Position numbers and translations under genes: made by a program. This document shows positions 16,782 through 25,523 of a stretch of 64,000 bases of DNA, piece by piece; position 1 is the stretch's first letter; each line of letters begins with the position of its first letter. This stretch comes from Candidatus Apopatosoma intestinale (GTDB lineage: Bacteria; Bacillota; Clostridia; Oscillospirales; CAG-272). The notes beneath the pieces were generated by a model. It saw nothing but the letters and a program-made list of their open reading frames with translations. It was not told the origin of the DNA and searched no databases. The stretch lies in the NCBI GenBank assembly GCA_003524145.1, contig DODZ01000035.1:66369-130368 (forward strand), written 5' to 3'.

Positions 16782-18974
16782 ATGGCAAAATCAAGAAAAA
16801 AGCAGATGATCGAAGAGCCGCAGGAAATTGCGGAGGTCAAGCTGCAGCCTATAACGGAAACAATAGAAAAAAACTATATGCCGTATGTCATGACGAGCAT
16901 AATATCACGCGCTATCCCCGCAATAGACGGCTTCAAGCCCTCGCACAGGAAGCTGCTCTATACCATGTATAAGATGGGACTGCTGACGGGTCAAAGGACA
17001 AAAAGTGCGAATGTTGTGGGTCAGACGATGCGCCTCAATCCGCATGGAGATATGGCGATATACGAGACAATGGTGCGTCTGACTCGCGGTAACGAAACAC
17101 TGCTTCATCCCTTTGTCGATTCCAAAGGGAGCTTCGGCAAGCAGTACAGCACGATGGCTTTCGCCGCCTCACGTTATACCGAGGTAAAGCTTGATAAATT
17201 CTGCGCCGAGATATTTTCGGGCATAGATAAAAACGCCGTCGATTTCATCGATAACTATGACAGCACCATGCGCGAGCCGACGATACTGCCGACGACTTTT
17301 CCGAATATACTCGTTTCGCCCAATTCGGGCGTTGCCGTCGGCATCGCCTGTGAAATAGCGTCCTTCAATCTTGCCGAGATATGCGACGGCACCATAGCGG
17401 CACTGCGCAATCCCGAGATAACGAGCGAGGAGCTCTCGGAGCTGATAAAGGCGCCGGATTTTGCGAGCGGTGCGTCCATTCTTTATAATAAAGAGGATAT
17501 TATCTCTATATATGAGACAGGCAGAGGCTCTGTCAATATGCGCTCGCGCTATGTCTATGACAAGGAGTCAAACTGCATTGATGTGCTGGAGATTCCTTTC
17601 GGCGTGACGATAGAGCAGATTATCGCAAAAATTACCGACCTCATCAAGCGCGGCGAGCTCAAAGAGGTGACGGATGTACGCGATGAGATAGACCTGCACG
17701 GCTTCAAGCTGACGCTCGACCTGCGCCGCGGCGCCGACCCCGAAAAGGTGATGGCGAAGCTTTTCAAAAAGACGCCGCTTGAGAGTAGCTATGCCTGCAA
17801 TTTCAATGTTATTGTTGATAACGAGGCGCGCCAGCTCGGCGTGCGGGAGATGCTGCTCGAATGGATAAAATTCCGCATGAGCTGTTATCGCCGCGAGCTT
17901 ATCTTCGAGAGGGACAAAAAGAGCGAAAAGCTTCATCTGCTTGTAGGTCTGGGAACGATACTTCTCGACCTTGACAAGGCAATAAAGATAGTCCGCGAGA
18001 CTGCGCGTGACAAGGATGTTATACCGAATCTGATGGCGGGCTTCAAGATAGACGAGGTACAGGCGGAATATATTGCCGAGATAAAGCTGCGCAATTTCAA
18101 CCGCGAATACATCATCGAACGTATAAAAGAAATAGAATCTCTGAAAAAAGAGATAGCGGAGCTTTCCGCCGTCATCGATTCCGATGCGAAGCTCAAGCGC
18201 AGAATAATAAAGCAGCTTGAGGAAATAAAAGAGAAGTACGGCATTCCCAGAAAGACGATGATAGTCTATGAGGACACGCTCCCGAAATACGATGCCGAGA
18301 GCTTTATAGAGAACTACAATGTAAAGCTTGTGCTCACAGAGGAGAGCTATTTCAAGAAGATAACGCTCCAGTCGCTGCGCGGAAACGACGAGCAGAAGCT
18401 CAAGGAGGGTGACAGCGTGCTTGAAACGCTCGACGCCGAAAATGTTTCACAGCTTATGTGCATAGGCACGCTCGGAAATATGTACCGCGCCAAGGTCAGC
18501 GATTTCTCAAACTGCAAGGCGAGCGAATTCGGCGATTATCTGCCCGCAAAGCTGAAATGCGACGGCGATGAGAAGATAAAGCTGATCCGTACGGACGTGG
18601 ATTATGAGAGCGGGGACAATCTTGTCTTTGTATTTGAAAACGGAAAGGCTGTGCGCATACCGATATCTGCCTATGCGACCAAGGCTCCGAGAAAGAAGCT
18701 GGTAAAGGCTTTCAATACAAATTCGCCGCTTGTCGGTGCCTTTTATGAGGAGGCGGGAAAGAGCTTTGATATTTTCATGAAGAGCGGGAGCAAGGGCATA
18801 ACGGTAAGCTCCAAGCTCATCCCGCAGAAAACCTCGAGAACCTCTGCGGGCGTGCAGATATTTACGCTCAAGGGCGGGCAGAAGCTCGAACTTGCCACGG
18901 TAAATCTCGAAAAATATCCGGAGTCCGCCTCGTGCAGAAAGATAAAGGTGCCTGCCACGGGCGTGACACTCTGA
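16782..18974 (+). CDS. Type IIA DNA topoisomerase subunit A (ParC/GyrA-like paralog)
   Basis: 730 aa. Contains AIPAIDGFKPSHRKLLY and HPHGD-like NPHGD. The active-site Tyr lies in AASRYTEVKL. It is shorter than typical GyrA and I saw no GyrA-box. Confidence 0.9.
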   Translation: MAKSRKKQMIEEPQEIAEVKLQPITETIEKNYMPYVMTSIISRAIPAIDGFKPSHRKLLYTMYKMGLLTGQRTKSANVVGQTMRLNPHGDMAIYETMVRLTRGNETLLHPFVDSKGSFGKQYSTMAFAASRYTEVKLDKFCAEIFSGIDKNAVDFIDNYDSTMREPTILPTTFPNILVSPNSGVAVGIACEIASFNLAEICDGTIAALRNPEITSEELSELIKAPDFASGASILYNKEDIISIYETGRGSVNMRSRYVYDKESNCIDVLEIPFGVTIEQIIAKITDLIKRGELKEVTDVRDEIDLHGFKLTLDLRRGADPEKVMAKLFKKTPLESSYACNFNVIVDNEARQLGVREMLLEWIKFRMSCYRRELIFERDKKSEKLHLLVGLGTILLDLDKAIKIVRETARDKDVIPNLMAGFKIDEVQAEYIAEIKLRNFNREYIIERIKEIESLKKEIAELSAVIDSDAKLKRRIIKQLEEIKEKYGIPRKTMIVYEDTLPKYDAESFIENYNVKLVLTEESYFKKITLQSLRGNDEQKLKEGDSVLETLDAENVSQLMCIGTLGNMYRAKVSDFSNCKASEFGDYLPAKLKCDGDEKIKLIRTDVDYESGDNLVFVFENGKAVRIPISAYATKAPRKKLVKAFNTNSPLVGAFYEEAGKSFDIFMKSGSKGITVSSKLIPQKTSRTSAGVQIFTLKGGQKLELATVNLEKYPESASCRKIKVPATGVTL

Positions 18975-18999
18975 AATTAAAGAAACGGAGGGCTTTTTT

Positions 19000-19623
19000 A
19001 TGAGAATACTGATAGCATCTGATGACAGGATCTATGCGAGAATGCTTTATCTTTCTCTTGCGGAGAAGGGCGCTGAGGCAGCGATAAAATCGCCCGCCGA
19101 GCTCTCCGCCGCGGAGGAATACGATATGATGCTTCTCGATGCGGGCGGTTTTTCGCCGGATTTGAGGCTTCCGGATATACCGGTCGTGCTCTACGGTACC
19201 GATGCACAGCTTCGGGGAATAGACGACGGCGAGCTTTCCCGCTTCTTTATTCTGCCGAGACCCTTTCGGATGAGCGAGCTTTACGGTGTCATATTCTCCG
19301 GCAGGAGCGAAAAGACGGAAAACGATATCTCCGAGAGAAAGCTCGGCATAGTTCTTGACGGGACAAAGCGATGCGTTTATATAAAAGGAGAAAAGGTTTT
19401 CCTGTCGCGCAGGGAATTCAATCTTTTCGCTCTGCTGATGGAAAAGAGGGGCACACCTGTTTCGAGAGAAGAAGCGGGCACTGTTTTTCTCGGCGAGGAC
19501 GGCGAGATGAAGAGCAATGTCGTAGATGTCTATATCAAATATCTGCGCGAAAAAATAGACGAAAGATTTGATATCAAGCTGATAAAGACAGTCCGCGGAG
19601 CGGGCTATATGATAGGCATGTAA
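19000..19623 (+). CDS. Orphan OmpR/PhoB-type winged-helix regulator with shortened, atypical receiver domain
   Basis: 207 aa. The receiver has SDD and LLD acidic residues, but the conserved Lys-Pro reads RPF and the domain is only about 100 aa. The C-terminal Trans_reg_C region is LSRREFNLFALLMEKRG...VRGAGYMIG. Confidence 0.8.
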   Translation: MRILIASDDRIYARMLYLSLAEKGAEAAIKSPAELSAAEEYDMMLLDAGGFSPDLRLPDIPVVLYGTDAQLRGIDDGELSRFFILPRPFRMSELYGVIFSGRSEKTENDISERKLGIVLDGTKRCVYIKGEKVFLSRREFNLFALLMEKRGTPVSREEAGTVFLGEDGEMKSNVVDVYIKYLREKIDERFDIKLIKTVRGAGYMIGM

Positions 19624-19655
19624 GTGATTTTTGCAGATTTCGGGAGGAGGAAGGC

Positions 19656-22600
19656 ATGGCTGAAATAAAATGGACTGCGGCGCAGAGAGATGCTATTGAA
19701 GCGAGCGGCAGGAATATATATGTCGCGGCGGCGGCAGGCAGCGGAAAAACAGCCGTGCTGACGCGCAGAATAATAGAACGCATCTGCTCTCCCGGGATAC
19801 ACGCCGATATCTCGCGTATGCTGATAGTGACCTTCACGCGGGCTGCGGCGGACGAGCTGAGGGGAAGAATAGGCGCAGCAATAGAAGAGGAGAAGCTGAA
19901 AAGCCCCGACGACAGGCATCTGCGCAGGCAGGCTCTGCTTTTGCCATGTGCCAAGATAAGCACGGTGCACAGCTTCTGTCTTGACCTGATACGCGCAAAT
20001 TTCCGCGAGCTGGGCTTGCCGTCGGATTTTCATGCTGCGGATGAAACCGTGGAAAACCGCTTATTTTCCGATACGGCGGAGGAGCTTATCTCCGATTACT
20101 ACGATGGAAAAATAAGCGGGGAATACGCGATAGAGGATTTCCGCCTTTTTGTAAACACCTTCGGCAGTGCCACGGATGACGAGGCTCTGCAAAAAACCGT
20201 CGGTGCGCTTTACAGAAGTCTTTGCGATACGCCGGACGGGATAGAGTCGCTTTCTCATTATACGGAGCTTTATATGAGCGCCGCAAAGGCGGACTTCATG
20301 GCGACCCCTTGGGGCGAGCCGATAAAGCGATATCTATGCTCGGCTTTTAAATACTATGAGGAGATTTTCTCCCGCGCTCTGGCATATATCGGGGAAAATC
20401 CGGAGTATGCTCCCTATGAGGAGACGCTCTCGGGCGAGCTTGCGCTTCTGCGTTCGCTTGATGCCGGAAATATGGGCTATGACGAGCTTTGCGATAAGAT
20501 AAACGGCTATACGCCCGCGAAAATAGGCACACTCAGGCGCGGCACGGAAAAATCGCCCGAAATACTGTTTTTTGTCGCGCAGAGGGACGCTTTCAAGGCG
20601 GAAATGAAGAGCCTGCGCTCGGAATATTTCTGTTTTTCGGCGGCGGATATCGCGGCTTCATTTGAATTTACCGCGCGGGCGGCGGCAGACCTGAGGAGAT
20701 TTCTCCTGCTTTTTGACGCGCGTTTTTCGGAGGAGAAGCGGCGAAAGAAGCTGATAACTTTTGCCGATATGGAGCGCTATGCGCTCACTTTGCTCTGGGA
20801 CAGGAAAAACGATGCGAAGACCGATATCGCGTGTGCTGTTACGGAGCAGTTTGACGAGATATATGTTGATGAATATCAGGATATAAATGCTGTCCAGAAT
20901 AAAATATTTTCGCTTGTTTCGCGTGGCGACAATTTCTTTGCCGTCGGCGATATCAAGCAGAGTATATACGGCTTCCGCGGCGGCAGACCCGATATTTTCA
21001 AGGGGATGACCGACCGTGCAAAAAAGTACCGCGCCGATATGGGAGAGGGGGAGGCAAAGGTCTTTCTGTCCGAAAATTTCCGCTCCTGCTCCGAGGTTCT
21101 CGGTTATGCAAACAGGGTTTTCTCCAAGCTGATGAATGTCGAGGGGGCAAGCGGCTACGGTGAGGACGAGCGCCTTGTCTGCGGGAGGCGCGAGGGAAGT
21201 GCCCCTGCCGAAATCTGCGTGGTGGAGAAGGAAACGACAGCCGCCGACGATATTTCAAGCGAGGCTGATTATGTGGCGGCGAAAATCCGCTCGCTCATAG
21301 GTCAGCCGAAGCGTGACGGCGAGCTTATAAAGCCGGGCGATATTGCCATTCTTCTGCGCAGTGCCGAGCGGAAAGCACCGCAGTATGAGCGTGCGCTGAA
21401 AAAATACGGAATACCCTGCGAGAGCATGGGAACAGGGGATTTCTTTGAAAATCCCGAGGTTTTGCTCGCTTTTTCGCTTCTTAATACCGTAGACAATCCG
21501 TCGAAAGACGTTTACCTTGCGGCAACGCTGAAAAGCCCGCTTTACGGTGTTTCGCTCGACGAGCTGATATATATAAGAAGAAGCCACGGCGGCGGCTCAC
21601 TCTACGAGGCGCTGAAAAGCTTCACCGAGAGCACGGGCTTTGCAAAGGGGGAGCGTTTTCTCTCGGATAACGCGAAATACCGCGCGCTTGCATCCGCACT
21701 CCCTGCGGACAAGCTGATATGGCAGATTTATACCGAGACTGGGCTTCTTTGCCTGCCGAACGACACCGATACTGCCGGCAGGGAGATAGCAAGGGCAAAT
21801 CTCATGCAGCTTTACCGCTGGTCGATGGACTATGGCGGCGGAAATATATGCGGGCTTCATTCATTTCTCGGCTTTATAGAGGATGCCATCGAGAGCGGTA
21901 AAAAGATAACTCAGGAGGGCGCGGAGGAGCGCACAGACTGCGTAAAAATAACAACTATACATTCGAGCAAGGGGCTGGAATATCCGATTTGCTTCCTTTG
22001 CGACTGTGCCGCCGCCATATCGGATAAGGACGCGGCAAAAGGCGTGCTTTTCAGTCCGGAGCTCGGCATAGCACCGAAAATCCCTTCGGAAAACGGATTT
22101 TATCTGCTCGATACACCGCTCCGCCGCTCGCTTATATGCGCAAGGAGAACGGAAATATCTTTTGAGGAATCGCGCCTGCTCTATGTTGCCCTGACGAGAG
22201 CGCGTGAGCGTCTTTTCATAACGGCGCAGGTGCCCGCAAAAGCGAACGCCGCGACAGAGGATATATACGATACGGCACGCTCACCAGAATTTTCGATAAA
22301 GCATGATGCCTATTCTCTCTATCTGCTCGCCACGGCTCCGAACTATCTGAACATGCTGCTCTGTGCCTGCCCGTATGCTCCCGAAATGAAGCTGAAAACC
22401 GTCCGTGCGGAATTAAGCGGTGAGACGGCAGAGCATATCGCGGCGGTAACGCAGACAAATGACAATATCCTGCCGTATCAGGCGGAGGTCGCCGTACGCA
22501 GGCTTGATTTTGAATATGCATACGGAGATATGACAAAAATCCCATCGAAGCTTTCCGTATCAAAGCTTTATCCGACGATTTTCGACGAGGATGACGGTAG

Positions 22601-23237
22601 TGCTTCATATGAAAAGGCGACAACCGAAGAAGTCTCATCCGAGATAAAAATCCCGAAATTTCTCATGGACGAGCCGGATGAGGAAGCCACTGCGGCACAG
22701 CGCGGCACTGCGATGCATACCTTTATGCAGTTTGCCGATTTCGACAATGTCTACCGCAGCGGCATAGAGGCGGAAAGAGACCGCCTTGCAGAGCAGGGAT
22801 ATCTTTTTGCCTCGGACAGGGAAAAGCTCGATCTCGGGAGGCTTGCGGCATTTTTCTCGGGAGAAACGGCAAAGATGATACGAGAGGCGAAGCATGTATA
22901 TCGGGAGAAGCGTTTTCTCCTTAATTATCCCGCGTCGCTTTTCACCGAGGATGAGAAAAAGAAAAAGCTGTATGCAGGCGAAGAAGTGCTTGTTCAGGGA
23001 GTCATCGACTGCGTGATTTTCGATAAAAACGGCGAAGCGGTGCTCATAGATTATAAGACCGACAGCTTTCGCCGCGGCACTGACGCGGAGTATATAAGGG
23101 AAACGCTTCGCCGCCGTCACCGTCTGCAGCTCGGCTACTACAAATATGCCTGCGAGAAAATGTTCGGGAAACCCGTTTCCCACGTATTTATCTATTCGTT
23201 TGCCCTCGGCGATGCCGTGGAAATATATGATTTATAA
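19656..23237 (+). CDS. addA: Helicase-exonuclease AddAB subunit AddA
   Basis: 1193 aa. Contains UvrD/Rep helicase motifs (AAAGSGKT, VDEYQD, TIHSSKGLE) and the C-terminal RecB nuclease motif GVIDCV...LIDYKTD. Confidence 0.92.
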   Translation: MAEIKWTAAQRDAIEASGRNIYVAAAAGSGKTAVLTRRIIERICSPGIHADISRMLIVTFTRAAADELRGRIGAAIEEEKLKSPDDRHLRRQALLLPCAKISTVHSFCLDLIRANFRELGLPSDFHAADETVENRLFSDTAEELISDYYDGKISGEYAIEDFRLFVNTFGSATDDEALQKTVGALYRSLCDTPDGIESLSHYTELYMSAAKADFMATPWGEPIKRYLCSAFKYYEEIFSRALAYIGENPEYAPYEETLSGELALLRSLDAGNMGYDELCDKINGYTPAKIGTLRRGTEKSPEILFFVAQRDAFKAEMKSLRSEYFCFSAADIAASFEFTARAAADLRRFLLLFDARFSEEKRRKKLITFADMERYALTLLWDRKNDAKTDIACAVTEQFDEIYVDEYQDINAVQNKIFSLVSRGDNFFAVGDIKQSIYGFRGGRPDIFKGMTDRAKKYRADMGEGEAKVFLSENFRSCSEVLGYANRVFSKLMNVEGASGYGEDERLVCGRREGSAPAEICVVEKETTAADDISSEADYVAAKIRSLIGQPKRDGELIKPGDIAILLRSAERKAPQYERALKKYGIPCESMGTGDFFENPEVLLAFSLLNTVDNPSKDVYLAATLKSPLYGVSLDELIYIRRSHGGGSLYEALKSFTESTGFAKGERFLSDNAKYRALASALPADKLIWQIYTETGLLCLPNDTDTAGREIARANLMQLYRWSMDYGGGNICGLHSFLGFIEDAIESGKKITQEGAEERTDCVKITTIHSSKGLEYPICFLCDCAAAISDKDAAKGVLFSPELGIAPKIPSENGFYLLDTPLRRSLICARRTEISFEESRLLYVALTRARERLFITAQVPAKANAATEDIYDTARSPEFSIKHDAYSLYLLATAPNYLNMLLCACPYAPEMKLKTVRAELSGETAEHIAAVTQTNDNILPYQAEVAVRRLDFEYAYGDMTKIPSKLSVSKLYPTIFDEDDGSASYEKATTEEVSSEIKIPKFLMDEPDEEATAAQRGTAMHTFMQFADFDNVYRSGIEAERDRLAEQGYLFASDREKLDLGRLAAFFSGETAKMIREAKHVYREKRFLLNYPASLFTEDEKKKKLYAGEEVLVQGVIDCVIFDKNGEAVLIDYKTDSFRRGTDAEYIRETLRRRHRLQLGYYKYACEKMFGKPVSHVFIYSFALGDAVEIYDL

Positions 23238-23262
23238 AGCAAAGAAAGGAATTTAGCGAAAA

Positions 23263-23769
23263 ATGAAAAAACTGCTCAGAAACCCTATGGTGATACTCAT
23301 GGCACTTTTACCGATAGCTGCTTCGGCAGTCTACATTCTCATACTCGGCACAGCCATAAAGGATGTATATCTCCGGGGAATACCGATAGTGCGCCCGCTT
23401 GAAAAAATATCCGTGCTCGGCATAGCCATGCTTGCAGGTACACTCGTATGCTGGGGCTTTGTCGGCGCTTTCTTTGCGCGAAAGAGGGCAACTATGCTGC
23501 AGGGAATACTCATAGCACATATAGTCCCGCTCATTACTTCGCTGATGTATACGGTGCTTTGCGCCATAGGAACGCTTGCAGACAAGGTTTCCGTAAAGGA
23601 AGCGGGAGAGCTCATCGGTGTGCTCGGAATGGGATTTTTCAATACCGTTGGCACATATGTATTTCTCATAACGCCTGTGAAATTTATTGAAATATATATT
23701 GATTTGATTGCAATGGTCGGAATTTTTGCCATAGGATATGCAATAAAGACGGCTAAAAAGAAAAAATGA
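23263..23769 (+). CDS. Hypothetical polytopic membrane protein
   Basis: 168 aa with 4-5 hydrophobic segments and a Lys-rich C-terminal tail. Starts 26 nt downstream of addA. Confidence 0.65.
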   Translation: MKKLLRNPMVILMALLPIAASAVYILILGTAIKDVYLRGIPIVRPLEKISVLGIAMLAGTLVCWGFVGAFFARKRATMLQGILIAHIVPLITSLMYTVLCAIGTLADKVSVKEAGELIGVLGMGFFNTVGTYVFLITPVKFIEIYIDLIAMVGIFAIGYAIKTAKKKK

Positions 23770-23890
23770 AAATAAACGGCTTTTTTAGCGAAGTCTGTAA
23801 AATTAACACAAAATATCTTCCCTCATAATATATATCAGGTAGGCAAAACTTGCCGCTAATAGCCGCATATGCGGCGGAGGGAGGATATAT

Positions 23891-23980
23891 ATGAACTGTC
23901 TTTGCAATCTTTTCGATAACAACAACTGCATCTGGATTCTCGTTATTGCCTGCATTCTTATTTGCTGCTGCAACGGCTGA
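23891..23980 (+). CDS. Unannotated Cys-rich tiny membrane peptide (29 aa), possibly a YjcZ-like sporulation micro-protein
   Basis: Not in the ORF track because it is too short. ATG at 23891 is preceded by GGAGGGAGG. It translates to MNCLCNLFDNNNCIWILVIACILICCCNG. A rho-independent terminator follows at 24078-24105. Confidence 0.45.
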   Translation: MNCLCNLFDNNNCIWILVIACILICCCNG

Positions 23981-24077
23981 TGTATCCGAATTTTACGGGA
24001 TGGTAGCTCCCATGAAAAAGCCTTGATGGCAAAAATGTCTGCCGGAAGTTTATCCGGAATATCGGAAAAATCAAACG

Positions 24078-24105
24078 AAAAAAGGCGGCTTTTGCCGCCT
24101 TTTTT
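24078..24105 (+). terminator. Rho-independent terminator
   Basis: AAAAAAGGCGGC-tttt-GCCGCCTTTTTT forms a perfect stem followed by a T-run. Confidence 0.65.
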
Positions 24106-24174
24106 CGATTACTCCGCAGGTAAATTTTATTTTTTGTATACTTGCGTTTGCTTATTTTGCATAAATATGTATAC

Positions 24175-24203
24175 TTGACAAAAATCATTTTCGGGTATAT
24201 ACT
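24175..24203 (+). promoter_or_regulatory. Sigma-A-type promoter for the lipoprotein gene
   Basis: TTGACA (24175-24180), 17-nt spacer, TATACT (24198-24203). Confidence 0.5.
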
Positions 24204-24255
24204 ATATATAATAAAGTCGGCTTTATACCGATAAATAAACCACAGGAGAAGAAAT

Positions 24256-25086
24256 ATGAAAAGAATTATCGCACTTGCTCTCACACTCGCAATGGCTTTC
24301 TCGCTTGTATTTGCTTTCTCATCATGCGGAAAGCAGGAAGAGAAGGAAAAGACGGCATATGAGGTTTACACTGAGGCACTGAAGAAAAACAACGAGCTTG
24401 ACTCATACGCGCTTGCCCTTGATATGAAAATATCCGTCTCGGCAGACGGTGTATCCACAGATGTCCCCATGACATATGATATCAAAGCTTCCGGCATAAA
24501 ATCCGGTTCGCCCGTATACAGCGCGGAGATGAAGATGTCAATGGCAGGCATGACTCTGACTATACCAATGTATTCCGACGGAAAATATGTTTACATGGAA
24601 ATGTTCGGGCAGAAGATAAAATCATCTGCCGATGACAGCGATGTTGATATGAAGAGCTTTACCGATCTTGTAGCCAAAATTCAGTCGGAAGAAAGCTTTG
24701 CCGGTGTTACCGTAACGGAAAACGAGGATGGCTCAAAGAGCATGGAGATAGCGTTAAAGAGCGCCGATTTCAATGAAGCCTACGGTGATCTTCTTGATGC
24801 TCTGCTCGGCAGTCTCGGCGAGGAACTGAACGGCGTCGGCGTTTCCATGACCGCCAATGACGCAAAGCTTGCCGTCACCATAAACAAGAGCGGATATATC
24901 GAAAAGGTCGGACTCAAGAGCGATGTCAAGGTAACCATGACAATTGAGGGTGAGAACAGCGAGATGAACGTTTCTCTCGACATAAGCGGTGAATACAAGA
25001 ATATAGGTGAGACTGTAGTCGTTACACCGCCCGCAGACCTTGATTCTTACAAAGAAAAAGAAGCAGACGACAGCGATATTTTCTGA
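24256..25086 (+). CDS. Putative lipoprotein
   Basis: 276 aa. The signal peptide ends in lipobox FSSC (MKRIIALALTLAMAFSLVFAFSSCGK). The remainder is a hydrophilic Ser/Asp/Lys-rich mature domain. Confidence 0.8.
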   Translation: MKRIIALALTLAMAFSLVFAFSSCGKQEEKEKTAYEVYTEALKKNNELDSYALALDMKISVSADGVSTDVPMTYDIKASGIKSGSPVYSAEMKMSMAGMTLTIPMYSDGKYVYMEMFGQKIKSSADDSDVDMKSFTDLVAKIQSEESFAGVTVTENEDGSKSMEIALKSADFNEAYGDLLDALLGSLGEELNGVGVSMTANDAKLAVTINKSGYIEKVGLKSDVKVTMTIEGENSEMNVSLDISGEYKNIGETVVVTPPADLDSYKEKEADDSDIF

Positions 25087-25104
25087 TAATGTGACTGATT
25101 TGAT

Positions 25105-25130
25105 AAAAGGCGGCGCTTGCCGCTTTTTAT
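25105..25130 (+). terminator. Rho-independent terminator after the lipoprotein gene
   Basis: AAAAGGCGGC-gctt-GCCGCTTTTT. Confidence 0.5.
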
Positions 25131-25152
25131 TTTGCATATTTAACTGATATAA

Positions 25153-25186
25153 GAAAGCCTCCCGCAAAAAACAGCGGGAGGCTTTC
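25153..25186 (-). terminator. Hairpin terminator downstream of the anti-sigma gene
   Basis: GAAAGCCTCCCGC-aaaaaaca-GCGGGAGGCTTTC gives a 13-bp stem. On the minus strand it is followed by TTAT. Confidence 0.55.
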
Positions 25187-25208
25187 TCGTGCAGAAAAGA
25201 AACAGGAT

Positions 25209-25523
25209 TTATTTCTTCATCTCATCATATATATTTTTGAGTATAGAAGCGGCAAGCAGAGTGCCGACGGCACAAGCCATGATGGCACGCTTTATGCGAA
25301 TTCTGCGCATGAGAGCATTATACTGCCCGATAGTATTTGCCGCCTGCTCGCAGACCTCGGAAACCCTATCCTGCTTTGCCTTGCTTGTGCGGATGCTCTT
25401 TAAGTATTTTCTGCATTCGGGGCATTCCTTGAGATGCTCCGCCACAAATTTCATTCCCGCGTCCGAGAGAGATTTCTCATCATAGAGCAGGATAAGGTCG
25501 TGCATTACTTCACATGGTATCAT
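25209..25523 (-). CDS. Zinc-finger (zf-HC2) anti-sigma factor
   Basis: 104 aa. The N-terminus carries CEVMHDLILLY...H-x3-C-x2-C (HLKECPEC). There is a single C-terminal TM segment. It overlaps the sigma gene by 14 nt. Confidence 0.8.
   Translation of the reverse strand: MIPCEVMHDLILLYDEKSLSDAGMKFVAEHLKECPECRKYLKSIRTSKAKQDRVSEVCEQAANTIGQYNALMRRIRIKRAIMACAVGTLLAASILKNIYDEMKK

Noticed and set aside
23958-24284. 108-aa minus-strand ORF across the terminator and lipoprotein promoter
   Set aside because: It runs through a rho-independent terminator and an AT-rich promoter. The Lys/Ile/Phe/Tyr-rich composition reflects AT bias, and there is no RBS.
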